DNA of 64,000 nucleotides from an uncultured Chloroflexia bacterium. GTDB lineage: Bacteria > Chloroflexota > Limnocylindria > Limnocylindrales > CSP1-4. This document shows positions 1 to 10,340 of the stretch, piece after piece. The number at the start of each line of letters is the position of its first letter. Position 1 is the stretch's first letter. Location of the stretch: NCBI GenBank assembly GCA_963727005.1, contig CAVSEO010000003.1:96912-160911 (forward strand). Reading direction: 5' to 3'. The notes under the pieces are model-generated. The model had not been told where the DNA came from, did no database searches, and was given only the letters and a program-made list of their open reading frames with translations. The position numbers and the translations under genes are program-made.

Positions 1-630
1 CTCGGTCGCGTCCGGCAGGACGGTCACCTTGGTCACCTTGACCGGCCTGTTCGCCTCCGAGTCGTGGAGCGGCGCGGTGATGCCGTGTTCGTGGCGCTGG
101 CCGCTGGGCGTTGCGAGAACCGCGAACGGCAGCTCCCCGACGCTCTTCTGGAATTGCTCGATCAGGGTGTCTTCGTACAGCTCCGGATCGGCAGTCGGCG
201 CCCACCAGATCCGGGCTTTGTTCAGATCGTGCAGGGTCTTCAGCCAGTAGCCGGCCGACTGAGGCCGGCGTTCACCGAGCTGAGTCTTGAACATCGCCGC
301 GAGCCGGGCGGTCACCGACTTCTGGCTCGAACCGATGTACAGGATCGTCTGGCCCGGCAGCCAGAAAGAGGCCAGACGGGATTGCAGCTCCGCGACCGTC
401 GGTCGCTTGCCGTCGAGGCGCAGTTCCGGGCAGCGTTCGAGCCATTGACGGATCGCGGTCGCGTCTATCGAGACCTTGGGCTGCGGAGCCGCCAGCTCGA
501 CAACGAAGACGCCCGGGCTGCCTCCGCTGACCGGTCGACCCCACAGAATCGGGCCCTCCACCGACAGGCCGTTGGATCGCAGCAGGTCGCGTCCGTTGAG
601 CGGAGCGGCGGAAGCGGGTGTGGTCGTCAC
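1..630 (-). CDS. Hypothetical protein with GIY-YIG-like N-terminal domain, runs off the left edge
   Basis: Manual translation from GTG at 630, open to base 1: MTTTPASAAP...PGVFVVEL...FWLPGQTILYIGSSQKSVTARL...LGERRPQSAGYWLKTL...ELYEDTLIEQF. Not in the ORF track because no stop lies in the window. Confidence 0.7.
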   Translation of the reverse strand, partial: MTTTPASAAPLNGRDLLRSNGLSVEGPILWGRPVSGGSPGVFVVELAAPQPKVSIDATAIRQWLERCPELRLDGKRPTVAELQSRLASFWLPGQTILYIGSSQKSVTARLAAMFKTQLGERRPQSAGYWLKTLHDLNKARIWWAPTADPELYEDTLIEQFQKSVGELPFAVLATPSGQRHEHGITAPLHDSEANRPVKVTKVTVLPDATE

Positions 631-748
631 GTGTGAACCGTGCATTGCCGGGGGCTGGCTTGTCAAACGGGGCCCGCGGGCGCCCGCTGTGTGAGTGGCG
701 GAAGGCCCAGGCGGACGCCGGGGCCTTCGATTCTCAAGCGGTGAGCCA

Positions 749-1957
749 CTACCCGGCCGTGCCGAGGCTCGGGTCTTCCGCCACGGGGATGCCGAGGAGA
801 AGCGGCAGGCCCACGCGGTTGGTGTAGATCGGGCGGTAGCGATCCGTGTTGTACATCGAGGCGACGTCGATCGAGCGCGGCCCCTGGTCCGGGTTCGGCA
901 GCGGAGAGTGGCTGTACTTGCCGCCCCGGATCGCGACCATTCGACCGCTCACGCCTTCGGCGACCAGGTTCATCGCCACATTCGCGAAGGTGATGCCGAC
1001 GATCGCGTCGACCGCGTCCGGATCTCCGGAACGCAGGTCGTAGGTGAGCTCGCTGGCCAGCGTTTCCTCACCGGAAATCGACTGGATCTCCGAGGCCAGG
1101 ATTTCGGCGATGTTGGCCTTGTGCTTGTGGCCGAACGAATCCGCCGGGCCCCACTCGTCGATCTTTCCGTCCTTCCACATCGCGCCCTCGGCGGCGATGG
1201 CGAAGGAGTAGTGGCTGGGGTTGTTGAGCTTGTCCTCGACGAGCAGCTCCACGAGGTGGTCCAGGTCGAACTCGTACTCGGGGATCAGGCATCGAGCGGA
1301 CGTCACGTAGGCGGTGTAGAGGGCGGTGAAGCCCGCGTCGCGGCCGAAGATGCGGAAGACGCCGATCCGTTCGTGCGAACCGAGCGTGGTCCTCTGGCGG
1401 TTGATGGCGTCCTTCGCCCGGCTGATCGCGGTGGAGAAACCGATGCAGTACTCGGTCCCCTGGACGTCGTTGTCCATCGTCTTGGGGACGGCGATCAGCT
1501 TGACGCCGTTGTCGGCCAGGATCTGGCTGAAGCTCAGGGTGTCGTCGCCGCCGATCGGGATGAGGTAGTCGAGGCCGAGGCGCTCGATGTTGTCGAGGAC
1601 GATCGGCGTGAAGTTGTAGAGGCCATTCTTGGTTTCGAGCTGCTTGAGGCGATCGGGCCCGATGTGCGCCGGAACCTTGGACGGCTTCATCTTGCGGGCG
1701 TTCGTGCGGGAGGTATGCAGCCAGGTGCCGCCGGTGCGATCGATCGCCCGGGTGTTGGTGCGATCGAGCGGGATGATGTAGTCCTCGTCCAGGCCGGGGC
1801 CCGGCTTCATGTTCGTGAGGCCTTCCCAGCCGCGCCGGATGCCGTAGACCTCGTACCCTAGCTCGGTCGCGCGATAGACGACGCTCTTGATCACGGCGTT
1901 CAGCCCGGGGACGTCACCGCCGCCGGTGAGGATGCCGATACGGGGGGTTCGAGCCAT
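749..1957 (-). CDS. pfkA: 6-phosphofructokinase (PfkA family, probably PPi-dependent)
   Basis: GILTGGGDVPGLN, GGTWLHTSR, IGGDDTLS, PKTMDND, IGFSTA, LRSG motifs. Confidence 0.92.
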   Translation of the reverse strand: MARTPRIGILTGGGDVPGLNAVIKSVVYRATELGYEVYGIRRGWEGLTNMKPGPGLDEDYIIPLDRTNTRAIDRTGGTWLHTSRTNARKMKPSKVPAHIGPDRLKQLETKNGLYNFTPIVLDNIERLGLDYLIPIGGDDTLSFSQILADNGVKLIAVPKTMDNDVQGTEYCIGFSTAISRAKDAINRQRTTLGSHERIGVFRIFGRDAGFTALYTAYVTSARCLIPEYEFDLDHLVELLVEDKLNNPSHYSFAIAAEGAMWKDGKIDEWGPADSFGHKHKANIAEILASEIQSISGEETLASELTYDLRSGDPDAVDAIVGITFANVAMNLVAEGVSGRMVAIRGGKYSHSPLPNPDQGPRSIDVASMYNTDRYRPIYTNRVGLPLLLGIPVAEDPSLGTAG

Positions 1958-2123
1958 GCCTGCCTTCCGTGGATGTTCTTTTGCAGCCGGCGTAGCGGCC
2001 GCGTTGATGCCGACCGGTACATCTTAAGGTGCGCGGGCCATAAGGCGGCGGTCCGAACAGCACGAAAGGCCGCCCGTGCGGTCCCGGGACACGGAGCCGC
2101 TTGGCCGGATCAGCCCGGGCCCG

Positions 2124-3006
2124 TTAATCCTGGAAGCGGTAGTGGAGGAAGAGGTCGTCGCCGGCGCGGCGGACCCAGGCCAGGTTCGCCCAGCGTCCCG
2201 GGCCGTCGCCGAAGGTCGTACCCTCGATCAGGGCCAGGCGCCGCGCGGTCGAGTCCCGGCCCACCACTTGCGGCGCCAGGGTCAGAAACAGCCCGTCGAT
2301 CAGGCGGGCCTTGAGCATGTCGCCGAAGAGGTGCGGCCCGCCCTCGCACAGGGCCAGGCGCGCGCCTGTGCCGCGGACGACATCCAGCACCGCGCCGGCC
2401 GAAACGTGCTTCTCGTCGCCCGCGGCCTGGACCCGGACGTGCGGGGCAAGCGGCAGCTTGGCCAGCCTTTCGGCACCGGCCGGCGTCGTGGCAATTACGA
2501 CCGGCACCTCGGGGTCGTTGAGGCCGGCGTGCGTAGGGTCCAGGTCGCCGCTGGCAGTGACGATGATCGTCGTCGGCTGCGGAGCGAGCCCCATCTCGGA
2601 CCGCCACGCGGCGAGGACGTTCGCGAGAGCCGGCTCGACGAATCGAGCGGTCCAGATGTGCTTCCGCCCCACCCGCACGGTGCCGGCGCCCACGATCACG
2701 ACGTCCGCCAGGCCCCGGACCAGGGACATCATGAATCGGTCGGCTTCCGAGAAGCCGCTGATCTCGCCTCCGCCGGCGCTGGGCTCGCTCGGGCCCAGCG
2801 AGACGGCGCCATCGAGGGTCGAGACGAAGTTGGCCACGATGGCCGGGTCGATCCGGCCGAAGTTCGACGGTCAGCTCGCCCGCGAATCGGTTCGCCAGAC
2901 CGGGCGGCAGCACGCCGCCGCGCACCTCGACCGCATCGCCGCGACCGGCATCGTCGGGTGCCTGCCATAGCGGTTCGAGGACGAGTCCTTCGCTTCGACC
3001 GGTCAT
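2124..3006 (-). CDS. RibD C-terminal domain / dihydrofolate-reductase-like pyrimidine reductase (frameshift near 2845)
   Basis: ANFVSTLDG, ADVVIVGAGTVR, LCEGGPHLFG, IDGLFLTLAP; N-terminus is in the frame of ORF 2110..3006. Confidence 0.85.
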
Positions 3007-3015
3007 CGGGCTATC

Positions 3016-3771
3016 TCACTCGTGGACGCCGCGGCCCAGCCCGGACAGGTCGTAGAACTCCGCCCGCAGCGCCGAATTGGTCTCGTACGCACCGCGGAAT
3101 GCCGTGGTGCGGGTCATCGGATGGACCTCCCGGACGCCGCGCATCTGGGTGCAGAGGTGATGCGCCTCCATGTACACGGCCACGCCGTGGGGCTCGGTCA
3201 GCTCGAGCAGCGTCTCGGCGATCGCGTGGGTCATCCGCTCCTGGACGCCGAATCGGCGAGTGGCGATACGGACAAGCCGGGTCAGCTTGCTGATGCCGAT
3301 GATGTGCTCGTGGGCGATGTAGCCGACGAAGGCCCGGCCGACGAACGGCAGGGCATGGTGCTCGCACAGGGCCGTGAACGGGATCGGCCCTTCGACCACC
3401 TGGGACAGCTCGCAGCTCGCGCCGCCGTAGCACTCGGTCGGGAAGACGGTAACGAGCTTGGGATCGCCGTCGTAGCCCTCCGTCGAGTCGAACAGGGCGC
3501 GGACGAATCGCCGGGGCGTGTCGCGAGTGCCCGGCTTGTCGAGGTTCATCCCGAAGGCAGCCAGGATCTCGGCCATGTTGGCCTCGTACCGGGCCCAGTC
3601 GTCCGGAGCGATCGAAGACCGGCGAAGGCGAACCTCCGGATCGTCCAGCTCGATCGGGATTCGGGCGTCGGATCGGTGCACCACGCCATCGAGGGCATCG
3701 TCGTGGCCGTCGGTGGCGCCGCGGAGCAGCGGTCCGTGGGTGTGCGGCTCGGTGGAATGGTGCTGATCCAT
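3016..3771 (-). CDS. folE: GTP cyclohydrolase I
   Basis: DTPRR, LCEHHALPF, IGISKLTRLV, VQER, HLCTQMRGV. Confidence 0.93.
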   Translation of the reverse strand: MDQHHSTEPHTHGPLLRGATDGHDDALDGVVHRSDARIPIELDDPEVRLRRSSIAPDDWARYEANMAEILAAFGMNLDKPGTRDTPRRFVRALFDSTEGYDGDPKLVTVFPTECYGGASCELSQVVEGPIPFTALCEHHALPFVGRAFVGYIAHEHIIGISKLTRLVRIATRRFGVQERMTHAIAETLLELTEPHGVAVYMEAHHLCTQMRGVREVHPMTRTTAFRGAYETNSALRAEFYDLSGLGRGVHE

Positions 3772-3797
3772 GAAGACCTCCAGGTTCTGGGAGGCAA

Positions 3798-4371
3798 CTA
3801 TGAGGCCTGGCCGGGCTGGGTGGGCCGGAGGCCGGTGTTCGAGTCGGTCCTGGGAACGACCCCCGGCCGCCGATCAGGGGGCGGCAGGGTCCGTCTCTTC
3901 CAGGTCCGCCTCTTCCTGTCCCGCCAGCGCGAACGAAGCGAGCCCGGCGAATACCATGGCCGCCGCCACCACAAGTGCCGCGTTCGACCTGCCCATCGTC
4001 GAGAGACATCACCTGGCTCAGGAAGCTGGCGATGGGCTCCGGCGCAGCCGGCGGCGCTCCGTTGACGCTCACAGGCGAGCCTGGCGACCAGGAAGCCATC
4101 GAGCAGGATGAACCCGCCGACGACCAGATACACGAACCCAGCCCGACTATGGTCACGGGCCCACCAGGCCACGGCCGCTATGGCCAGTGCGCCACCCATC
4201 GCGACCAGATAGGCGGCAGAGACAGCGAGGCTCGCGGGCGCGATAGTCGTAGTTGTGCCCGGCCTGCACCACGGCCTCATTCACGACGTTGCCGTCGAAC
4301 CAGGCGGCGACCCACAACGCCAGGAAGGGTACGAGCGCGGCAATCGCCAGGCGTTTCGGCCGGCTGGTCAT
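3798..4371 (-). CDS. Hypothetical multi-pass membrane protein (frameshifted)
   Basis: GGAGG SD before MTSRPKRLAIAALVPFLALW; hydrophobic segments continue in ORFs 3798..4280 and 3011..4156. Confidence 0.55.
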
Positions 4372-4465
4372 CTGTCCCTCCATATCATTCGGAAACGGTC
4401 TCCGAAGGATCGGACCGCGCGCCGGCCCGGTCAATGGCCCGGATGGCCGAATCGGCCGCCTCCGC

Positions 4466-4888
4466 CTAGAGCCGGCGCAGCTCCGTGGTTTCGCCTTCGG
4501 CGACGGCTCGGGCGCAGGTCGGACAGTACCAGCGCGCCTCCAGAGGGGTGCCGCAACTCTGGTGGCGCAGGAGGTCGGCCGATCCGGCCCGTGAACCCCA
4601 GTCGGCCAGCAGCCGCAGCGCCCCGGCCAGCTCGCGCCCTTCCGCCGTCAGCTCGTAGTCGAGACGGAGTGGGTGTTGCGAGTACGGCCGGGCTACGAGC
4701 ACCCGCTCGCGCTCGAGGCGCTTGAGCCGGTCCGAAAGGATGTTCGGGGCGATCCCGGGGAGTGCGGCCGCGAGGTCGTTGAAACGGCGCGCGCCGTCGA
4801 GGAGCGACTCGACGACGAGCAGGCTCCAGCGGTCGCCGACCCGGTCGAGGGCGGACTGGAGAGGGGAGGGCTGGGTTTCGTCGGTCAT
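4466..4888 (-). CDS. HxlR-family winged-helix regulator
   Basis: ALDRVGDRWSLLV, GARRFNDL, LSDRLKRL, YELTAEG; C-terminal HxxCG...CPTC. Confidence 0.9.
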   Translation of the reverse strand: MTDETQPSPLQSALDRVGDRWSLLVVESLLDGARRFNDLAAALPGIAPNILSDRLKRLERERVLVARPYSQHPLRLDYELTAEGRELAGALRLLADWGSRAGSADLLRHQSCGTPLEARWYCPTCARAVAEGETTELRRL

Positions 4889-4935
4889 CGGCTCAATGGT
4901 AGCGACTCCGGGGTTGCACCCGCTGTCGTTGTGTT

Positions 4936-4958
4936 GTAACTTGCAACTCGCAAGTCAC
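4936..4958. promoter_or_regulatory. Probable HxlR operator
   Basis: GTAACTTGC-N5-GCAAGTCAC inverted repeat (1 mismatch) in an AT-rich patch between divergent genes. Confidence 0.6.
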
Positions 4959-5023
4959 TATGGCGAGCATGGCGAGCATGTCCGAGGCGCACGGACGACC
5001 GAGCGCAAACAGGAGAAACGGAA

Positions 5024-5950
5024 TTGGGCACATTGGATGAGATCCAGCAGGCCGTCGCAAAAGTAGCGGAGCGCGCGGCTCCGGCCGTTGTCGGGATCGG
5101 CGGCCACTGGCGCCGCGGGTCCGGAGTGATCGTGGCCCAGAATCGGGTGCTGACGAACGCCCACAACGTCCACGGCGACGGCGCCACTTGCGTCTTCTCG
5201 GACGGACGGCGCGAACGCGGCCGCATTCTCGGCGAAGACATGGACGGCGATCTGGCCGTGCTCGAGGTCGATACCGCTGGCGCCAAGCCGCTGGCGTGGG
5301 CAAGCGGAACGCTCCCCGTGGTGGGCAGCGCGGTATTCGCCGTCGTGAGCGCGTCGAGCGGCGGTGTCCGCACGACTATCGGCCTGGTCTCCGGGGTGGA
5401 GCGGTCGTTCCGCGGCCCGGGTGGCCGGCTCATCGGCGGCAGCATCGAGCACACGGCTCCGCTCGCTTCGGGTTCATCGGGCAGCCCGATCCTGGACGCC
5501 GAAGGACGCTTGCTCGGCCTGAACACTCAGCGGCTGGGCGAAGGCTTCTACCTGGCGCTACCGGCCGACGACAACCTGAAGGCCCGCATCGACGCCCTCG
5601 GGCGGGGCGAATCCACGGTCCGGCCGAGGCTTGGCATCGCGGTCGCGCCCGGTCACGTGGCCCGGCATCTGCGCCGCGCCGTCGGACTTCCCGACCGTGA
5701 GGGCATCCTGGTCCGCGGCGTCGAGCCGGAGAGCCCTGCCGATGCGGCGGGGATCCGCGAGGGCGACCTGATCGTCGCCGCGGCCGGCGCTCCGATCACG
5801 GATCCCGACGAACTCCACGCCGCGCTCGACAAGGCCGGCGCGGGCAAGAAGGCCGGCGCGGTCAAGCTGGAGCTGGGTCTGGTTCGCGGAGTCGAGGAAC
5901 TGACGGTCACGGTCGATCTCGCGACCGGCGGTTCGAAGCCCGCCGACTGA
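5024..5950 (+). CDS. HtrA/DegP-like trypsin serine protease with PDZ domain
   Basis: GSGVI, LTNAHNV, DLAVL, GSSGSP catalytic motifs; PDZ (LGI...V.P.SPA..AGIREGDLI); AGGAG SD, TTG start. Confidence 0.88.
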   Translation: MGTLDEIQQAVAKVAERAAPAVVGIGGHWRRGSGVIVAQNRVLTNAHNVHGDGATCVFSDGRRERGRILGEDMDGDLAVLEVDTAGAKPLAWASGTLPVVGSAVFAVVSASSGGVRTTIGLVSGVERSFRGPGGRLIGGSIEHTAPLASGSSGSPILDAEGRLLGLNTQRLGEGFYLALPADDNLKARIDALGRGESTVRPRLGIAVAPGHVARHLRRAVGLPDREGILVRGVEPESPADAAGIREGDLIVAAAGAPITDPDELHAALDKAGAGKKAGAVKLELGLVRGVEELTVTVDLATGGSKPAD

Positions 5951-6030
5951 CGCCGCGCGTCCGAACGCCTCGGGCGGACGGGCGCGGCAATCCGCCCCAC
6001 GGCGGCACCGGTGTGCGCCATGATTGGCGG

Positions 6031-7581
6031 ATGCCAGCCAGAAGCGACGCCGTCAAGAAAGGCCGCGCCCCGTCCCTGATCGGGGTCGACATCGGCACGA
6101 CCTACATCAAAGCCGCGCTCGTGGCGCCGGGAAGTGGCGTGCTCCACGTCGCTCGCCGGCCGACCGAGACCCACGCCGTGAGAGGCGGCGGGGCATACCA
6201 CAAGCCCGGCGAGTTGCTGGGCGCCGTGGATTCGGCCATCGCCGAATGCGTGTCCGCCGCCGCCAAGGCGCATCTGGCCCGGCCGAGCGGGATCGGCATC
6301 GCCAGCATGGCCGAGTCCGGCGTGCCCGTGGATCGCCGGAACCTGCCCGTCGGCGACATCCTGGCCTGGCACGATCCGCGGCCCGAGCGCCAGGCGGCCT
6401 GGCTCGAGCGCCAGATCGGCGGCCCGGCCCTTTTCGCGCGAACGGGGCTGAGGCCCGAGCCCAAGTACTCGTTGCCGAAGCTGTTGTGGATTCGCGAACA
6501 GCGGGCCGCCGACTTCACCCGGTTGCGGCGGTGGGCCGGCGTCGCCGAACTGGCGGCCCTGACCATGACCGGGCGGCTGGCCACCAATGCCTCGCTCGCG
6601 TGCCGGACGCTGGCTTTCGACGTTTCGGCCCGCGCCTGGGATGCCGGATTGCTGGCGCTGGCGAGCCTCGAGCCCGAGAACATGCCGGAGGTCCTGCCGC
6701 TCGGCCAGCCGGTGGGCGGGCTCACCGACTCCGCCGCGAGGAGACTGGGGCTGCCGGCCGGCACGGCCGTGGCGATCGCCGGCCACGACCACCTCGCCGC
6801 CGCGCTCGGCGCCGGCGTCTTGACGCCGGGCGACGTTCTCGACTCGATGGGCAGCGCGGAGGCCGCCTTGCTCGTGACGTCGAAACCGGCCCTCACCGAC
6901 GAGGTCCGGCGGGGCGGGTTCTCGACGGGCTGCCACGCCCTGGACGACGTCGCCTACGTGTCCGGCGGGCTGCAGTCGTCGGGCGCCATGGTGGAGTGGT
7001 TCGTCGACACGTTTCTCGCCACGGCGTCCGACAGAGCGGATCGATACGCGCGTTTCCTCGAGCTGCTCGACGGCGCCGCGCCCGGCCCGGTCGAGCCGAT
7101 CGTCCGCCCGTATCTTCGAGGGAGAACGGCGCCGCATCGCGATCCGTCGGCCAGCCTGGAGTTCGAGGGGCTGCGCGAGACTCACCGGCTGCCGGACCTG
7201 GCCGCGGCCGTCGTCGACGGTGCCGCGTACCACGTCCGCTGGATGCTCGACGAACTGGCCCGCATCACCGCCACGCCGCTGGAGCGGGTCCGGCTGACCG
7301 GCGGCGGGGTGCGGAACCGGCGCTGGGTGATCGCCAAGGCGGCGCTGGGCCCGGGCCGGCTGGAAATCGTGCGGACAGAAGAGGCGGCGGCCCTGGGAGC
7401 GGCGCTCGTCGCGGGCGTCGCCTCCGGCGTGTACGGGTCGGTGACGGAGGCTCTGGCCGATGCCTCTCCCTTCGACCGCTGCACGGCCCCGGCGTCGATC
7501 CGGGCCCGCTACGACAACGCCTACCTGGACCGCTGGCTGCCGGCGGTCACGACGCGGCTGCGCCAGGGCGGTTTGGCCTAG
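6031..7581 (+). CDS. FGGY-family carbohydrate kinase (xylulokinase-like)
   Basis: IGVDIGTTYIKA, WHDPR, PKLLW, GHDH, PYLRG, LTGGG, AAALGAA. Confidence 0.9.
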   Translation: MPARSDAVKKGRAPSLIGVDIGTTYIKAALVAPGSGVLHVARRPTETHAVRGGGAYHKPGELLGAVDSAIAECVSAAAKAHLARPSGIGIASMAESGVPVDRRNLPVGDILAWHDPRPERQAAWLERQIGGPALFARTGLRPEPKYSLPKLLWIREQRAADFTRLRRWAGVAELAALTMTGRLATNASLACRTLAFDVSARAWDAGLLALASLEPENMPEVLPLGQPVGGLTDSAARRLGLPAGTAVAIAGHDHLAAALGAGVLTPGDVLDSMGSAEAALLVTSKPALTDEVRRGGFSTGCHALDDVAYVSGGLQSSGAMVEWFVDTFLATASDRADRYARFLELLDGAAPGPVEPIVRPYLRGRTAPHRDPSASLEFEGLRETHRLPDLAAAVVDGAAYHVRWMLDELARITATPLERVRLTGGGVRNRRWVIAKAALGPGRLEIVRTEEAAALGAALVAGVASGVYGSVTEALADASPFDRCTAPASIRARYDNAYLDRWLPAVTTRLRQGGLA

Positions 7582-8835
7582 CCGGCCGAGTGGAAGGCCG
7601 CCGACTCCGACGCGACCAGGTCCACGAGGTTGCCGAGGGCGATGTTGACGTCCACCACGTGGAGGCCCCAGGCCGGGCTCTGCGACCTGGCGACCGCCGG
7701 TCGATGGTCGCTCGCTCCGCCCGTCCGGTCGATCTGGAGCCACGTTGCCCCGGCCGCCGTCTGGCAGTGGGCCGAGTACTCGCCCGGGTAGGAGACGAAC
7801 GGAGTTGCGGCGACGGGCGTCGTCGCGGCGCCGCCCACCAGCAGCGAGAGCCCCGTGGTTGGGAAGTAGGGACGGAGAACCCCGCTGCCCCCGCCGGGCG
7901 CCGCGGGGTTCACGCACAGGATCTGCATCGGAAGCGTCGAGGAGCCGGCGAACGGATTGAGGATGGAGCCGGTCCGGCCGAAGACGGCGTCGGCAGGCGG
8001 CGTGGTGTCGAAGCTCGAATAGGCCACGACACAACCTGTCTGCGTTGCCGAGCCGCAGGCCGGGACGTTGGCGAAGTCGCCGCCCACGGACTTGCCGACC
8101 GGGACCGCCACGTTGCCGCCCAGCAGCAGTGCGGACACGAGCAGGCGACGCGCGTCGGGGCTCGAGTCGACCTGGTACTTGATCAGGGCGGTCAGCATGA
8201 ACGCTCCCTGCGAGTGGCCGATCAGCACCACGCCACGGCCGTGGTTGTAGTTGGCCAGGTAGTTGCTCCATGCCGAGCCGACGCCGGTGAACGCGACCAG
8301 CGCGGACGCGAAGGTGATGTCGCTCGGTTTGGCGATTGCGGCGAGGGTCAGCTGCGGATACATCGGCGCGTAGACACGGCAGACCTGCGAGAAGCGGGCC
8401 GCCTGGGCGACCGCCACGGCTCGCTCTTCCGGGTCGATCGTCAGGTTTGCGTTGGTCGTTCCCTGGCGGCTGACGGTGGGATAGACGTAGAAGCAGTCGA
8501 TCGGCGGATCCGCGGCAGGTGCGGCCGGCTCCACCGCCTTCGCACCGGAAGCGTCGACCACGGTCGCGTCGAGGTTGCCGGCGCAGGGGTTGTCGGCGAG
8601 GCCGGGTTTGCAGAGCCAGACGGTGTCGTCGGGGACGGGGGATGGGGCGACGGACGGGGCGACCGAAGGTGTAGCCGTCGAAGCGGGCGTGGCCGAGGCC
8701 GGAACGACTGGGACGATCGTCTGGCGGCCGGCCCCCGTCTGGGTCGACCGGAGTCGAAACCGGCGTCGAGGCCGAAGAACCGCAGGCTGCCACCAGGACG
8801 GCCACGATCGCCAGCAGGGAGGGCGTTCGCCTCAT
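7578..8835 (-). CDS. DUF3089 alpha/beta-hydrolase lipoprotein (frameshift in Pro/Thr linker)
   Basis: Lipobox MRRTPSLLAIVAVLVAAC; WLCKPG..NPC; IDCFYVYPTVS, YAPMYPQ, GHSQG, CVNP, WGLHVVD. Confidence 0.85.
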
Positions 8836-9000
8836 TCGGGCATGGTCGCCCCAAACGGCGATTCGCGCCACGGCGCTCGAACCCGCGCGGTCCGGAGCCC
8901 GGCCCAGGCACCGCTTTGCGCCAGACGCACCGGCCCGGGAGGTCAGCCGTTGGGCCGCCGGAGACGGGCTACGCTGGCCGCCTGTATGAGGAGCAGACCG

Positions 9001-9370
9001 ATGGCACGAGTCGTCCATTTCGAGATCACCGCCGACGATCCCGAACGCGCCAGCAGGTTCTACCAGCAAGCACTCGGCTGGACGGTCCAGAAATACGGCG
9101 GTCCGTTTGACTACTGGCTCGCCGGCACCGGACCCGACACTGTCGGCCGGCATCGACGGCGCGATCATGAGCCGCTCGAAGCCCGGCGAGAACACCGTCA
9201 TCTCGGTCAGCGTCGAGAAACTCGAGGCGGCGATCGAGGCCGTTCGCAAGGCGGGCGGCACGGTCGACGGCGAAATCCAGGACATCCCAAACGTCGGCCG
9301 TTTCATCTACGCCACGGACACCGAAGGCAACCGCCTCGGGCTGCTCGAAGCGCTACCTCGTACCGCCTGA
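9001..9370 (+). CDS. VOC/glyoxalase family protein (frameshift near 9145)
   Basis: MARVVHFEITADDPERASRFY...GIDGAI...DTEGNRLGL; GAGGAG SD. Confidence 0.88.
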
Positions 9371-9454
9371 TCCTGCTTCAGGCGAAGGTATCGCGCCGCG
9401 AACCCGCTCGGTCGGGGAGCGGACCCGGGGACCCTTCGAGCGTAGACTTGGCTC

Positions 9455-10165
9455 ATGAACTGGCTCCACGACCCGCGCAAGACGCGAATGCCCGCCCCTG
9501 ACGAAGCCCTCCCCGGCCGGCCCCAGGCCCTGCCGGTCCCCGAGCGCCACGCCGTCCTCGGAACGCCCCTCCGGCCGCCGTATCCAGCCGGCAGCGAGAT
9601 CGCCGAATTCGGCATGGGCTGCTTCTGGGGCGCCGAAAAGCTCTTCTGGGAGACCCCCGGCGTCATTTCGACCTCGGTCGGCTACGCCGGCGGCTTCACG
9701 CCCAACCCGACCTACGAAGAGGTTTGCACCGGCCGAACCGGGCATATCGAAACCGTCCGTGTCGTCTTCGATCCCAAGCTCGTTTCGTACGCGCAGCTCC
9801 TCAAGATCTTCTGGGAGGAGCACGACCCGACGCAAGGGATGCGCCAGGGCGGCGACCACGGCACGCAGTACCGCTCGGCCATCCTGACCCACGGCGAGGC
9901 CCAGCAGCGCGAGGCCGAGGCCAGCCGCGACGCCTTCCAGGAGCGGCTGACCGCCGCCGGCAAGGGCAAGATCACGGCCGAGATCAGGCCGGCCGCGGAC
10001 TTCTACTTCGCCGAGGCCTATCACCAGCAGTACCTGCAGAAGGTCCCGAACGGCTACTGCCCGAACCACGCGACCGGGATCACCCTGCCGGCCGACTTCT
10101 TCAAGTCGGAGGCCGCCGCCCAGAGGGCCGCCGAAGCCGCGGAAGCGATCCGGAAGGCGGGCTGA
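9455..10165 (+). CDS. msrA: Peptide methionine (S)-sulfoxide reductase
   Basis: [43 protein letters not shown]. Confidence 0.97.
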   Translation: MNWLHDPRKTRMPAPDEALPGRPQALPVPERHAVLGTPLRPPYPAGSEIAEFGMGCFWGAEKLFWETPGVISTSVGYAGGFTPNPTYEEVCTGRTGHIETVRVVFDPKLVSYAQLLKIFWEEHDPTQGMRQGGDHGTQYRSAILTHGEAQQREAEASRDAFQERLTAAGKGKITAEIRPAADFYFAEAYHQQYLQKVPNGYCPNHATGITLPADFFKSEAAAQRAAEAAEAIRKAG

Positions 10166-10340
10166 CCGGTCGCGGACGGGCGAACGCGCCTTGCGGCCGC
10201 GGCGCCCGCGCGAGCTTCAGCGCCCATCCCTGCAGTTGCGCCAACTCTCAGACCGTTCGGCCACGTGTCCGATTGGACGAGACCCCCCGATGCGGACAGA
10301 ATGCGGGAAATCGCGATTGACGTAGCGCAGGGAGGAAGCG

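Noticed and set aside
5653-9306. Very long ORFs (1217 aa minus, 1028 aa plus) and similar Arg/Pro/Gly-rich ORFs
   Set aside because: Shadow frames of high-GC genes; only short pieces belong to real frameshifted genes.
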